Origin: Candidatus Latescibacterota bacterium
GTDB lineage: Bacteria > Latescibacterota > UBA2968 > GCA-2709665
DNA length: 64,000 bases
Assembly: GCA_965205485.1 (NCBI GenBank)
Contig: OZ242180.1
Coordinates: 4,640,001-4,704,000, forward strand
Reading direction: 5' to 3'
Shown: piece by piece, positions 26,367 through 36,497 of the stretch
Layout: each line of letters opens with the position of its first letter
Position numbering within the stretch: the first letter of the stretch is position 1
Program-made: the position numbers and the translations under genes
The notes under the pieces: generated by a model
What the model saw: the letters and a program-made list of their open reading frames with translations, nothing else
What the model was told of the DNA's origin: nothing
The model's database searches: none

Positions 26367-27551
26367 ATGCTGACAAGCGAGTACGCCGATTTCGACGCCT
26401 GCGAATATGAACGACGTTTGTCCGGACTCAGGGATCTCATGTCCCGCAACCGCCTGGACGCGGTCCTGATAACCACGGACACGAACCATCGCTACTTCAC
26501 CGGGCACTGGACGCATCGCTGGGGGCACAAGTTCACTTCGCTATTCGCCCTGCTTCCTCTCGAACGCGACCCGGTTCTCATCGTCCCGCCCCTGGAAACA
26601 GGAATGTGTGAGGTGGACGCCTGGATAGAAGACCTGCGAACGTATCAACCGCCCATCCGCGTCCAGGCAGGCGTCTCCGTTCTCACCGAAGCCATCCACG
26701 AACTCGGCCCTGGCGGCGCCCGCGTCGGCGCCGAACTGGGCGGCGTACTCTGGTCGCGAATGCCTTACGACGACTTCGGCCGTTTGAAGGCCAATCTTCC
26801 CGGCGTACAATTCACCGACGCCTCGCAGCTGCTCTGGAAGACCCGATTCACAAAGTCCAGCGCCGAAATTGACTATATTCGCAAGGCAGTCGGGATCACC
26901 GATCGAGCCTATCGCACGCTTTTTTCCACCGTCAGACCGGGTATGACGGAAAGGGAACTATACAGCCTGTTTTGCGTGGAGCACCTGAAACGGGGAATGG
27001 ACGCGCCCGGTTCGATCACGCTGGCCACGTGCATCCCTGGAGACGCGCGCAGCAGCAATCGAAGCCTGCGCCGTCACACCGACCGCGTGCTGACCGATGG
27101 CGAACTCATCGCCCACGACGCGGGCGGCGTGTACCGCGGATACTGGTCAGACTACACCCGGATGTTCGCGCTGGGCCGGGCTGCACGGAAACACAAGGAC
27201 GCGTACAGGACCGTCCACGGTTGCCTGCAAGCCGCGATCAATGCGATCAGGCCGGGCATTCCCATATCGAACCTGGTCCGCGTTTCGAACGATTCACTGA
27301 GGAATGCGGGCTACGTGGAGCAGGCGCGGCTCGTCACCGGGATCGGCCACGCCATCGGCCTCGACATCATCGAACCCCCGTTCATCGAACTCGAAGACGA
27401 TACCCTGTTGGAGCAAGGCATGGTCCTGACCGTCGAACCCTCCCTGTATACAGACGGCGCGTATTTCATGCTCGAAGAGGATGTTGTCGTGACCGATACC
27501 GGTTGCGAGATCCTCTCCGAACCCGCTCCCGGCGACCTGCCCATTCTGTAG
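26367..27551 (+). CDS. M24 (Xaa-Pro peptidase/creatinase-like) family protein
   Basis: YFTG, KSSAEI, YWSDYTR, GHAIG, TVEP, LEED. Confidence 0.92.
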   Translation: MLTSEYADFDACEYERRLSGLRDLMSRNRLDAVLITTDTNHRYFTGHWTHRWGHKFTSLFALLPLERDPVLIVPPLETGMCEVDAWIEDLRTYQPPIRVQAGVSVLTEAIHELGPGGARVGAELGGVLWSRMPYDDFGRLKANLPGVQFTDASQLLWKTRFTKSSAEIDYIRKAVGITDRAYRTLFSTVRPGMTERELYSLFCVEHLKRGMDAPGSITLATCIPGDARSSNRSLRRHTDRVLTDGELIAHDAGGVYRGYWSDYTRMFALGRAARKHKDAYRTVHGCLQAAINAIRPGIPISNLVRVSNDSLRNAGYVEQARLVTGIGHAIGLDIIEPPFIELEDDTLLEQGMVLTVEPSLYTDGAYFMLEEDVVVTDTGCEILSEPAPGDLPIL

Positions 27552-27560
27552 CAACCCGCC

Positions 27561-27591
27561 CGAAAAAGGGGCGCGCGGCGCCCCTTTTTCG
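27561..27591. terminator. Bidirectional intrinsic terminator
   Basis: Perfect IR CGAAAAAGGGGCGC-GCG-GCGCCCCTTTTTCG between convergent genes. Confidence 0.85.
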
Positions 27592-27621
27592 CTGCGATTC
27601 TCCATTTGTCCGATGCAGCCG

Positions 27622-28953
27622 TCAGAAAGACTGCAGATCCTGGATCACCAGTCCTGAATAGACCTTCGGATAAAAGAAAGTGGATTTGGGAGGCATTCGC
27701 TCCCCGGCCAGCACGACGTCGCGCAACTGGTCCATGCCGACCGGATTGAGAAAGAATCCCGCCCGGTCGGGTGCGCCCTTCACCAGGTCCAGTACTTCGC
27801 ACTCGACCTTTACGAACTTCACCTTTTCGCCCCGGGTCAGTGTTTCCGGATCCAGGTCCAGTACCCTGCCCAGTATCAGTTGCAGCAAGCCCGTGTCCAG
27901 CGACCGCCAGGCCGCTGAGTGTCTTTCGACGTCGAGATCAGACGCCCGAACACCGCTCTTCAACCTCAGATAGTGAACGTCGGAACACGCTCCGTGGCAG
28001 AATCCGAACACCGCCCCGCTCCCGCCGCGCCGTTTCAACTCTCGCAACACCGATTGCAAATTGCCGAGTGGCAGCCGTTCGACGTCACACAGTTCCGGAA
28101 GTCCCCTGGTGAGTCTTTCGATCCCGCCGGCACCCAGATCCACGACCACCCGGTGAATCGCATTGATGGCCATCCCCTCCGTGTCGTCCATATTCACGAG
28201 CGTCTGCATCCGGTACCCGTAGGGCTTGCCCTGCCAATCCTCTCCCTCAGCCGCCGCGCATTCGTCCCGGTACGCCACCGCGGTTTCGTATCGATGGTGG
28301 CCGTCCGCGATGAAGAACGGCTTGTCTCTCAGCGCGCCGGCAACGCCGCTTACGATCGTCTGATCGGTTACCCGCCAGAAACGGTGTCCGACGCCATCCG
28401 CCCCCTGAAACGCGAACAGCGGGGACGCGTCCAGGACCGGCGCCACGATTTCCCGCACCTGGCCGGCGGGATCGGAGTATAACGAAAAAATCTGGCCGAA
28501 GGCCGCCCGGGTGTGCCGCATGAGCGCCAGCCGGTCCGCCCTGGGCCCCGGCATGGTGTTCTCGTGAGGAAGAATCGCGCCCTCTCCCAGCGCGTCAGCG
28601 CGCACCAGCGCCACGATCCCCAGCCTCGTCTTGTTTTTTGTGCCATCGGGAGTACCCACGTCGAAATCCTGGGCGTAGAGATATATCCCCTCTTCACGGT
28701 CCCGAACGAGGACGCCATTGCCAAGCCAGCGTCGGAATGACCCCGCGGCGCGGGTGTAACGGTTCTCGTGGTCCGAGTCCCCCGCCTTGTCCAGGCCCTG
28801 AATGATCCGTACGATGTTGTTGGGATGCGCGTCGTACAGATCACGCTGCATCGATCCGTCAATCACATCGTAAGGCGGCGCAACCACGTTTCCAACGTCG
28901 CCTATTCTCTCAATCGAGTACCGGATTCCGCGAAAAGCCCTGATCTCCGCCAT
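27622..28953 (-). CDS. DUF1015 family protein
   Basis: AFRGIRY, APPYDVI, PHENT, IADGHHRYET, MPPKSTFFYPK. Confidence 0.92.
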   Translation of the reverse strand: MAEIRAFRGIRYSIERIGDVGNVVAPPYDVIDGSMQRDLYDAHPNNIVRIIQGLDKAGDSDHENRYTRAAGSFRRWLGNGVLVRDREEGIYLYAQDFDVGTPDGTKNKTRLGIVALVRADALGEGAILPHENTMPGPRADRLALMRHTRAAFGQIFSLYSDPAGQVREIVAPVLDASPLFAFQGADGVGHRFWRVTDQTIVSGVAGALRDKPFFIADGHHRYETAVAYRDECAAAEGEDWQGKPYGYRMQTLVNMDDTEGMAINAIHRVVVDLGAGGIERLTRGLPELCDVERLPLGNLQSVLRELKRRGGSGAVFGFCHGACSDVHYLRLKSGVRASDLDVERHSAAWRSLDTGLLQLILGRVLDLDPETLTRGEKVKFVKVECEVLDLVKGAPDRAGFFLNPVGMDQLRDVVLAGERMPPKSTFFYPKVYSGLVIQDLQSF

Positions 28954-28984
28954 TATTATCCCTTCCAATTCTGGCTGATGGAAT

Positions 28985-29947
28985 TCACTCGACACGCCGG
29001 TCCAGCGTGGGGTATCCCAGATTCCGGTCCGTCTCGTTCAACAGCGGTTCGCCGGCCATAAATCGTCTCAGATTCTCGCAGAAAAAGTCAACCGTTCGTT
29101 CAGGACGGTAGCTCGAGACGCCGGCGGAGTGGGTCGTAATGATCACGTTCTCCATCTGCCAGAGCGGGCTGGTGGCCGGCAACGGCTCGTTTTCGAAGAC
29201 GTCCAGCCCGGCGCCGGCAATCTCACCGGATCTGAGCGCATCGATCAGGGCAGCCTCGTCCACAATCGGACCCCGGGCCGTATTGACCAGGAATGCGGAA
29301 TTCTTCATCAGGCAAAACGCATGAGCGTCGATCAACCTCTCCGTCTGCGGCGTACACGGACAGGCGATAAACACCACGTCGGATACCGACAGCAACTCTT
29401 CCAGCTGTTCCGTTCCCCACAATGCGTCCACGTAATCAGGGGTTTCCGGCTGCTGGACGTCCAATGCGAGGATTCGCATATCAAAACCACTGGCCAGCCG
29501 TGCGTAACGCCGTCCGATTCCGCCGAACCCGACAATCCCCGCCGTGGCCCCGTAGAGATCCCGGATCGGCGCGCCCTTCCATTCGCACTCAATCTGATTC
29601 CTTATGTATACGTGCAGACCGCGGAACAGCGCTGACGTCAAGGCCCACGCGTGCTCCGCCACCTGAAGCGCGTGCAGACCGCTGGCGTTGCTCAACTTAA
29701 ACCGGCCTTCACGAACCCCGGGAATGTCCATCAACATGTCCATGCCCGCGCTTGTGGTCTGAATCCATCTGACGTTCTCGGCCGCCCGGATGATCTCCTC
29801 CGTATACATTCCGAATATTACGTCCGCGTCCCCGACCACCGCGGGGGCTTCATCCATCGGTGCCATCACCACCTCGGCCCCGGGCGCGGTTCGACGCACC
29901 TGTTCGCACAACGCCTCGCTCACCGGCGGACACAGAACAATCTTCAT
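28985..29947 (-). CDS. D-2-hydroxyacid dehydrogenase
   Basis: VAEHA, GFGGIG, NTARG, GAGLDV, EPLP. Confidence 0.92.
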   Translation of the reverse strand: MKIVLCPPVSEALCEQVRRTAPGAEVVMAPMDEAPAVVGDADVIFGMYTEEIIRAAENVRWIQTTSAGMDMLMDIPGVREGRFKLSNASGLHALQVAEHAWALTSALFRGLHVYIRNQIECEWKGAPIRDLYGATAGIVGFGGIGRRYARLASGFDMRILALDVQQPETPDYVDALWGTEQLEELLSVSDVVFIACPCTPQTERLIDAHAFCLMKNSAFLVNTARGPIVDEAALIDALRSGEIAGAGLDVFENEPLPATSPLWQMENVIITTHSAGVSSYRPERTVDFFCENLRRFMAGEPLLNETDRNLGYPTLDRRVE

Positions 29948-30017
29948 GGTTGAACCTGCCTTTCCCAGGATGTACATGGCGTGTCAACTGCCCCGTACGT
30001 TCAATCCGATGCGCTCC

Positions 30018-30046
30018 TTGACAAAACCCCGACGGCTGTTTAACAT
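30018..30046 (+). promoter_or_regulatory. Sigma70 promoter for the MFS gene
   Basis: TTGACA-17-TAACAT. Confidence 0.65.
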
Positions 30047-30082
30047 ACCGTCTTCCAATCCCCGTACAACTCCTCATTCCCA

Positions 30083-31306
30083 ATGACGACATCCGCCCGA
30101 AACCCGCTTGTCGTGCCCGTCTACATTCCGTCGCTGATTCTGATGTTCGGCAACGGAATGCTTATCCCCATCCTTCCTCTTTATGCTAAGTCGTTCGGTG
30201 TATCCTACGGCGTCATCGGCGTGGTGCTGGCCGCCGAAGGCGTGGGCAGGCTGGTCGGCGCGCTGCCGGCCGGCGGGCTGCTCGGCAGAATCGGGCAGAG
30301 ATCCTCGATGGTCCTTGGCGTGAGCTGCGTTGCCGTCTCCACCTTCATGTTGTTCTGGGCGCGCGACATTTCGGAAATCATCTTCTACCGGTTTGCAGCG
30401 GGTATCGGCGGTTCGCTTTGGAACATCGCCTGCCACGCTTATCTTGCGGACGCTACTGCGGTATTCCATCGAGGACGGGCACTTTCCACCTTCGGAGGTT
30501 TCCACCGAATCGGTAGCTTCGCCGGACCCGCCGCCGGCGGCGCCCTCGGCCTGTCCTATACACTTGAAACGCCATTTCTGGTGTTTGCCGCCCTGGCAGC
30601 AGTCGTCGTATTCATTGCCGTATTCGCATTCGGAACCGGTTCGTCACGTGTGACGCCGACCGTCGGGCCCCTTCGCCTGACACGGACGCTGGGCATTTTC
30701 AAATCGCATTTTCGAGAACTCGCCACAGCGGGTACCGGACAGCTGTTTGCGCAGACCATCCGGGCTGGACGCCCGGTCGTTATCCCCCTCTACGCGGCCG
30801 ACGCGATTGGTCTGGACGTGCAGGCCATCGGCTGGATCATCACCGTTTCCGCGCTGGTTGATATGTCTCTCTTCTATCCCGCCGGCCACATTATGGACCG
30901 CTATGGAAGAAAGTTCGCCATGGTACCGTGTTTCCTGATCCAGGCGATCGCAATGGCTGCAATACCTTATACCCACAGTTTCACGGGGCTGCTTCTCGCC
31001 ACATCGCTAATGGGCCTGGGCAACGGCATCGGCGCCGGCACCATGATGACGCTGGGCGCGGACCTTGCGCCCGGTGATTCCATGGGCGAGTTTCTGGGAG
31101 CCTGGCGCCTGGTCGGCGAAACGGGCCATATGGGTGCGCCACTTGTGGTCGGTGGAATCGCCGATCTGCTCGGCCTTTCACCCGCCACTTTCGCAATTGC
31201 GGGTTTCGGCCTGCTGGCCGCGGGGACCTTTGCGTTCCTGGTTCCGGAAACCCTTAAGGATCGCCCGGCCCCCGAAGTCTCTGCGCGCGGTTCCCTGAAA
31301 GAATGA
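30083..31306 (+). CDS. MFS transporter
   Basis: About 12 TM; GHIMDRYGRK motif A; VPET. Confidence 0.92.
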   Translation: MTTSARNPLVVPVYIPSLILMFGNGMLIPILPLYAKSFGVSYGVIGVVLAAEGVGRLVGALPAGGLLGRIGQRSSMVLGVSCVAVSTFMLFWARDISEIIFYRFAAGIGGSLWNIACHAYLADATAVFHRGRALSTFGGFHRIGSFAGPAAGGALGLSYTLETPFLVFAALAAVVVFIAVFAFGTGSSRVTPTVGPLRLTRTLGIFKSHFRELATAGTGQLFAQTIRAGRPVVIPLYAADAIGLDVQAIGWIITVSALVDMSLFYPAGHIMDRYGRKFAMVPCFLIQAIAMAAIPYTHSFTGLLLATSLMGLGNGIGAGTMMTLGADLAPGDSMGEFLGAWRLVGETGHMGAPLVVGGIADLLGLSPATFAIAGFGLLAAGTFAFLVPETLKDRPAPEVSARGSLKE

Positions 31307-31311
31307 CAGCT

Positions 31312-31344
31312 AAAGAAAAAACCCGCGCCCTCGGGGCACAGGTT
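31312..31344 (-). terminator. Minus-strand intrinsic terminator
   Basis: AACCTGTGCCCCGAGGGCGCGGGTT followed by TTTTCTTT. Confidence 0.6.
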
Positions 31345-31595
31345 CAGATGCGCCATGATCACATTCGCCGTGAGTACCCGCGCCCCGGCGACAGCAAACC
31401 GAAAATATGGATCCCGAGGCGCCGGCAGGGGAACCGCCACAACGTCGTCCGCAATTTCAAACTCACGAAACGCATCTCGTCACCCGCCGGCGGGAGGCGG
31501 CCTCCGGCCTGAATCCATTGACAACGCTCCTGCCGTCCGTTAGTATTTCGTAGACACACGCCATCGATTGTCTATCCGAAAGAGAGGCGGATCCA

Positions 31596-31796
31596 ATGAC
31601 CAGAGAAAGTCTCATTGCGTGCGTCTGCCTGCTGATCACGCTGGGCGTGATGTGGTTTGCGGATCATCCGGACAAGGTCGCAGGCAGCGTCATCCTGGGT
31701 ATTGTCTTCTGCATCTTTATTCTGGTCGCTCGTCTGAAGGGCCGGAGCGGCTCCAGAAGGTCCCGGATGATTCGAAAGACGCCGGATCAAAAATAA
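31596..31796 (+). CDS. Small 2-TM membrane protein
   Basis: Two hydrophobic helices and basic tail; GAGG RBS; TTGACA-17-TAGTAT at 31518-31546. Confidence 0.7.
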   Translation: MTRESLIACVCLLITLGVMWFADHPDKVAGSVILGIVFCIFILVARLKGRSGSRRSRMIRKTPDQK

Positions 31797-31832
31797 ACGC
31801 CTTCCATCCCAACTTGAACCGACAATTACATC

Positions 31833-32555
31833 ATGCGCGCCCCACCCCGGATCTCCGTGGTCATTCCGGTTTTCAACGAGCAGGAAGCCATTCAGAACGT
31901 GCTGTCTGATATTCCGGGCCACCTCGACGCAGACGTGGTGGTTGTGGACAACGGCTCCACGGACCGAACGGTCGAACTGGCCAGACGGATGGGCGCCCGG
32001 ATCGTTCACGAACATCGAAGGGGATACGGCTGGGCCTGCCTCGCGGGCATCGACGCACTCGAAAAACCCGATATAGTGGTGTTCCTGGACGGAGACTACA
32101 GTGACTATCCCAACGAAATGACGAACCTGGTGAAGCCGATCGTCGAGGGCTGCGCGGACCTTGTGATCGGCTCGCGCATACTCGGCAACCGGGAGGCCGG
32201 CGCGCTGCTTCCCCAGGCCCGCTTCGGAAACTGGCTGGCCACGTGGCTCATCCGCCGCCTGTTTGGCGCCCGTTTCACCGACCTCGGGCCCTTCCGCGCC
32301 ATAACGTATCCTGCTCTGTTACGGCTTGAAATGCAGGACAAGACCTTTGGCTGGACCGTGGAAATGCAGGTAAAGGCTGCAAGGATGAAATTGCGGTTCC
32401 TCGAAGCGCCGGTAAGTTATCGACGCCGAATCGGCGTCTCCAAGATCACCGGAACCGTCAGCGGCACGATCCGCGCGGGCTGGAAGATTCTCTACACGAT
32501 TTTCAGTTACAGACTCCGGAAAACGCCTGAGTCCACGTCGATCGCACCACATTGA
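31833..32555 (+). CDS. Glycosyltransferase family 2
   Basis: SVVIPVFNE, VDNGSTD, FLDGD, TDLGPFRA. Confidence 0.93.
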   Translation: MRAPPRISVVIPVFNEQEAIQNVLSDIPGHLDADVVVVDNGSTDRTVELARRMGARIVHEHRRGYGWACLAGIDALEKPDIVVFLDGDYSDYPNEMTNLVKPIVEGCADLVIGSRILGNREAGALLPQARFGNWLATWLIRRLFGARFTDLGPFRAITYPALLRLEMQDKTFGWTVEMQVKAARMKLRFLEAPVSYRRRIGVSKITGTVSGTIRAGWKILYTIFSYRLRKTPESTSIAPH

Positions 32556-32599
32556 ATCGCAATCGGCCTGCACGGTCGATTCCACCGGGGTCCCTGCGG

Positions 32600-32932
32600 T
32601 CAGTCGCTCCCGGACGCTTCGCAAGCGCCGTCATCCTCGCGGTCCAGCATCACTGTCAGGCGCGCGGCCACCTGCTCGGCCTGCCGTCCCGCCGCTTCCC
32701 TGCCCGTCCGGTGCTTCAGCAGCCTGTCTGCGATCTCCAGAGCCGCGATTATGGCAATTTTCGTGGGTTCCGCCAGTTTCTGCTGAGACGCGACCTCCCT
32801 CATACGGCGATCGACCAGTTGTGCAACCCGATGGGTATACTCAGACGACTCCCGACTCTGAACAGGGTATTGACGCCCGTAGATCGTAACATACGTCGTC
32901 TCACCTCGATTAAGGCCGTCGGTTAGTAACAT
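32600..32932 (-). CDS. zapA: Cell division protein ZapA
   Basis: VTIYGRQYPV, VDRRMREV, AIIAALEIAD. Confidence 0.85.
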   Translation of the reverse strand: MLLTDGLNRGETTYVTIYGRQYPVQSRESSEYTHRVAQLVDRRMREVASQQKLAEPTKIAIIAALEIADRLLKHRTGREAAGRQAEQVAARLTVMLDREDDGACEASGSD

Positions 32933-32971
32933 CCTCCCTCCTCAACTGTCTGCGGCGCGTGACCGCTGAAG

Positions 32972-33238
32972 TCAGATCTTGTCCGCGCCTTCGAGCGGGT
33001 CCACACGCACCACGCCGTCCGTTGCGGGCACCGTGACCTCAACAACCCATCCGTCCACGTCCTTGCCCATAACCCGAATCCGCGTGGGGATTCTGCGCAA
33101 TACCGTCGCGTCTTTGGAAACCCTGGCGAATGCGTGGTATTTTTCATCGTCCATACAGAAATACCGCTGGATTCGTCCTTCGGGCTTTCCGCCGAGTTGC
33201 GAGCTGCTCTGTGTATGGTCCTCCGAGGAGCCGGTCAT
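32972..33238 (-). CDS. Hypothetical protein
   Basis: Fills the nadD-zapA gap on the same strand. Confidence 0.6.
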   Translation of the reverse strand: MTGSSEDHTQSSSQLGGKPEGRIQRYFCMDDEKYHAFARVSKDATVLRRIPTRIRVMGKDVDGWVVEVTVPATDGVVRVDPLEGADKI

Positions 33239-33253
33239 TGATTGTTCGCAATC

Positions 33254-33841
33254 CTATCTGTAGAGGCCGTGGGATTCGATGAATCGGGCGACGTTGTCCG
33301 GAACCCAGTACCGAATGGGTAAGCCGGAACGAACGCGGGAACGGATCTGAGTGGAGGAGATTTCGAGAAGCGGGGAATCCAGAAAACACATCCGTGCGGC
33401 AATCAGATCATCGACATCATCCGGCAGAAAGCCCGGCCGGCCCATCACCGTAACGCGGGCGAGATCCAGAACGCCCAGGGGGTTGCACCACGTTGACATT
33501 TCCATCGCGCTGTCCGCGCCAATGATCAGATAGAATTCAGTCCCGGAACCCAGTTCGCTGCACAACTGCCTGAGGGTCTCTACGGTATACGACTTTCCGG
33601 TTCGATCCAGTTCAATCCGGCAAAGTTCGAACCGGGGCTGTCCATCCAGTGCGAGCGCTACCATACTGGCGCGTGCTTCCGCCGGCGCCACGTCGGCAAC
33701 GCGCTTGTGGGGAGGGTCCGCCGAGGGAACGAACAGAACCCGATCCAGGCGACACGTTGCCAACGCCTCCTGTGCGATGATCAGATGGCCGAGATGAATC
33801 GGATCGAACGTTCCGCCGAGGATGCCGATCCTGCCGTCCAT
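33254..33841 (-). CDS. nadD: Nicotinate-nucleotide adenylyltransferase
   Basis: GGTFDPIHLGH, PPHK, SYT, IIGAD, ISST. Confidence 0.96.
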   Translation of the reverse strand: MDGRIGILGGTFDPIHLGHLIIAQEALATCRLDRVLFVPSADPPHKRVADVAPAEARASMVALALDGQPRFELCRIELDRTGKSYTVETLRQLCSELGSGTEFYLIIGADSAMEMSTWCNPLGVLDLARVTVMGRPGFLPDDVDDLIAARMCFLDSPLLEISSTQIRSRVRSGLPIRYWVPDNVARFIESHGLYR

Positions 33842-33847
33842 TCCGCC

Positions 33848-34669
33848 TCAACGGGTATTTGCGGCGCTGGAGCCGTCCGGTTTCTCCGCGGGCTTTCGCA
33901 GTTCGTTGTTCTGCCGAACCCGGGTTTTCTCGATCTGCCGAATCTCTTCCGCAATATTCTGTTTCAGTTCGTCCTGAACGCCATCCGCGGCCAGGAGCCT
34001 CAACATTTCAAGTGCTTCGTCCAGCGCTCCCGCGCGATGTTTTGTCCGGGCAAGAAGAAAACGTGCTCTTGACACGACCGCCGTATCGTCGAATTCCTTG
34101 AGGACAATTTCGCAATATCGCCCCGCGGATTCGTACATATCCCACTGCATGTAGTTCTCGGCAACCATCAGCTTCTTCCGCGCCAACTTCGTTCGAAGTT
34201 CCAGGATTCTTTCACGAGTGCCTGATACAAGATCGCTGTCAGGGAAATCCTCGATAAACCGTTCGAATTCCCTGATGGCCTTATGGGTCTCGTCCTGGTC
34301 GTGGTGGATTCCACGAGACTGCCGATAATAACACACCCCGATCTGATAGCGCGCCTGATCGACAAACGGACTGGTTGGAAACTCATTCAGCAGGCGCTCG
34401 AATTCAAAAACGGCAGTAACGTAGTCCTTGTCGCACAGATACGCGAAACCCAGCTTGTATTGGGCGCGATCGACCAGATGGGAACCGGGAAAGTCCGAAA
34501 GTAGATTGCGGAGCAGCTTCTGCGCCTCCCAGCAGTTCTTCTTCTCCAGCTCCTCATTCGCCTTTTCCAGATAAAGGTCGGCGCTTGGGTGGCGATACCT
34601 GTTCTGCGCACATCCGGCCAGTGCCGGCAGGCCAAGACAACACAGAATGAATACACTCCGCTTCAACAT
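33848..34669 (-). CDS. bamD: Outer membrane protein assembly lipoprotein BamD
   Basis: Lipobox LAGC, TPR helices, FP.S motifs, DQDET. Confidence 0.88.
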   Translation of the reverse strand: MLKRSVFILCCLGLPALAGCAQNRYRHPSADLYLEKANEELEKKNCWEAQKLLRNLLSDFPGSHLVDRAQYKLGFAYLCDKDYVTAVFEFERLLNEFPTSPFVDQARYQIGVCYYRQSRGIHHDQDETHKAIREFERFIEDFPDSDLVSGTRERILELRTKLARKKLMVAENYMQWDMYESAGRYCEIVLKEFDDTAVVSRARFLLARTKHRAGALDEALEMLRLLAADGVQDELKQNIAEEIRQIEKTRVRQNNELRKPAEKPDGSSAANTR

Positions 34670-34933
34670 ACCCGTACCCGTCGTGCAATAACACAAAATC
34701 GGGGCCGTGTTTTTCCCAACCCCGAACGGTCGGCGCAATTGGCCACCCGGAAACCCGTGCGTTTTCCAGTGGCGCATTCCGTTGAGCCGATCGGCAAGAC
34801 CGACGCTCCACCCTTTGACTCTGGAAACCGGCGGACGGTTCCAATCAAAACCGGAAGGAAATCGTCCCGCACCGCCGGACTGAAATCACGAAAAAACGCG
34901 GTGCCTGTGCCGTTTTCGTCCGCAGATCGAAAA

Positions 34934-34962
34934 AACTTAAGCAAACGCCACAGGCAAGTCAA
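34934..34962 (-). promoter_or_regulatory. Sigma70 promoter upstream of bamD-nadD-zapA
   Basis: TTGACT-17-TAAGTT. Confidence 0.55.
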
Positions 34963-34975
34963 GGAAATACAATGA

Positions 34976-35051
34976 GAAGCTGATTTGAAACTCCCGCCGA
35001 CCGGCGCTTTTGCAGCCGTGCGAAGACCGCATGGAATTTCAAGACAGCCTC
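34976..35051. mobile_element. MITE family B, internally deleted 76-bp copy
   Basis: GAAGCTG...CAGCCTC ends; TGA on both flanks; 3' half matches 35091-35252. Confidence 0.75.
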
Positions 35052-35090
35052 TGACCTTGATTCGTCAGTTATCCGGGACGGGATTCCTAA

Positions 35091-35252
35091 GATGCTGTTT
35101 TAAAATTACCGGTGAGTTCCCGAGCGCGAGCGAAAAAGCGGCGGTCAAGGCGGGAAAATCCGCCCATATTTGTCTATACGGGTGGGTTTGACCAACGCCG
35201 ACCGGCGCTTTTGCAGCCGCGCGAATACCGCTGGGAATTTTAAGACAGCTTC
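35091..35252. mobile_element. MITE family B, 162-bp copy
   Basis: TIRs GATGCTGTTTTAAAATT / AATTTTAAGACAGCTTC; colinear with the reverse complement of 38960-39121. Confidence 0.85.
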
Positions 35253-35421
35253 TATAGTTCGTCTTGACGAGCGCGGCCGGAACGCGTTAACTTGAACTCC
35301 GGCCTGAACCGGCTTCGAATGCGATCAGGCGTGGACAAATCAGGTCACGTGCGCCTTCGTACCTCCCTGGCGATAACGTTGTCCGGTTCGCTGTCATTCA
35401 ACCCTCCCGGAGATCACCATC

Positions 35422-36351
35422 GTGTCACGTGCCCACGTTCTGGTCATCGGCAGTTCCAATACCGATCTGATCGTTCAGTCGGAGAACCTGCCGAGCCCCG
35501 GCCAAACCGTTATGGCGGATGCGTTTTCAACACTGCCGGGCGGCAAAGGCGCGAATCAGGCCGTCGCCGCGGCCCGCGCAGGCGCGTTTGTAACCTTCAT
35601 CGCCAGGATCGGAAGCGATGCATTTGGCCTCCATGCCCTGCGCTGCCTGGAGGCGGAGGGGATCGACACGACGTTTATCCTCAGAGATCCTGACCTGGCA
35701 TCGGGAATCGCCTCGATCCTGGTGGACAGAAGGGGTGAGAACGTCATCGCCGTGGTCCCGGGCGCCAACGCAGCCCTTTCTCCTGTTCAGGTCGATGCCG
35801 CCGCTACCCTTTTCGAACGCGTTTCCATCTGCCTGCTTCAGCTTGAAACGCCGTTGCCGACCGTTCTGCATGCGACGGGTCTCGCGAAAGAACGCGGCGT
35901 TCCGGTGATTCTCAACCCGGCGCCGGGGCGTAAGCTGCCCCCGCGGCTGCTCTCCGATCTGTTTATCCTGACGCCGAATGAAACTGAGACAGAGATACTC
36001 ACCGGGATTCTGCCGGATACCGAAAAGACCGCGCGCCAGGCGGCGGACAACCTTATGGACCTTGGCGTAAAAAACGTCGTCATCACCCTTGGCGCGCGCG
36101 GCGCGCTCCTTGCGACGGCGCGGCAAACCGTAATGGTCCCCGCGCCGTCGGTCGACGTCCGAGACACGACGGGCGCCGGAGACGCCTTCAACGGCGCTCT
36201 CGCCGCCGCAGTCGGTCATACGCATTCGCTTGCCGACGCGGTCGCTTTTGCCAACTGCGCCGGCGCCCTGGCGGTTACCCGGGTTGGAGCACAGTCCGCG
36301 CTGCCGCGCGAATCGCAGATCCGGGCACTCCTGGACCCGAGGCCGCATTGA
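35422..36351 (+). CDS. rbsK: Ribokinase
   Basis: GSSNTD, GGKGANQA, LNPAP, PNETE, DTTGAGDAFNG. Confidence 0.93.
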   Translation: MSRAHVLVIGSSNTDLIVQSENLPSPGQTVMADAFSTLPGGKGANQAVAAARAGAFVTFIARIGSDAFGLHALRCLEAEGIDTTFILRDPDLASGIASILVDRRGENVIAVVPGANAALSPVQVDAAATLFERVSICLLQLETPLPTVLHATGLAKERGVPVILNPAPGRKLPPRLLSDLFILTPNETETEILTGILPDTEKTARQAADNLMDLGVKNVVITLGARGALLATARQTVMVPAPSVDVRDTTGAGDAFNGALAAAVGHTHSLADAVAFANCAGALAVTRVGAQSALPRESQIRALLDPRPH

Positions 36352-36497
36352 CCGCGGAAATACCCCTTTTTTCGCCTTTGCTCTTGACCCGATCTCCGCC
36401 CTGTCCTATATTCTGATCCCTCACATACACCAGGCAAGATTGAACGGCATTCACCTCCCCCCTCTCCCTGATTCCCCTAGAACGAAGGGAGCGCTGT

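Noticed and set aside
32556..32599. 6S RNA immediately after zapA
   Set aside because: Only about 45 nt separate zapA from the convergent GT2 gene.
34785..34850. tRNA-like sequence (GGTTCCAATC)
   Set aside because: No cloverleaf with acceptor and anticodon stems could be formed; the T-loop is non-canonical.
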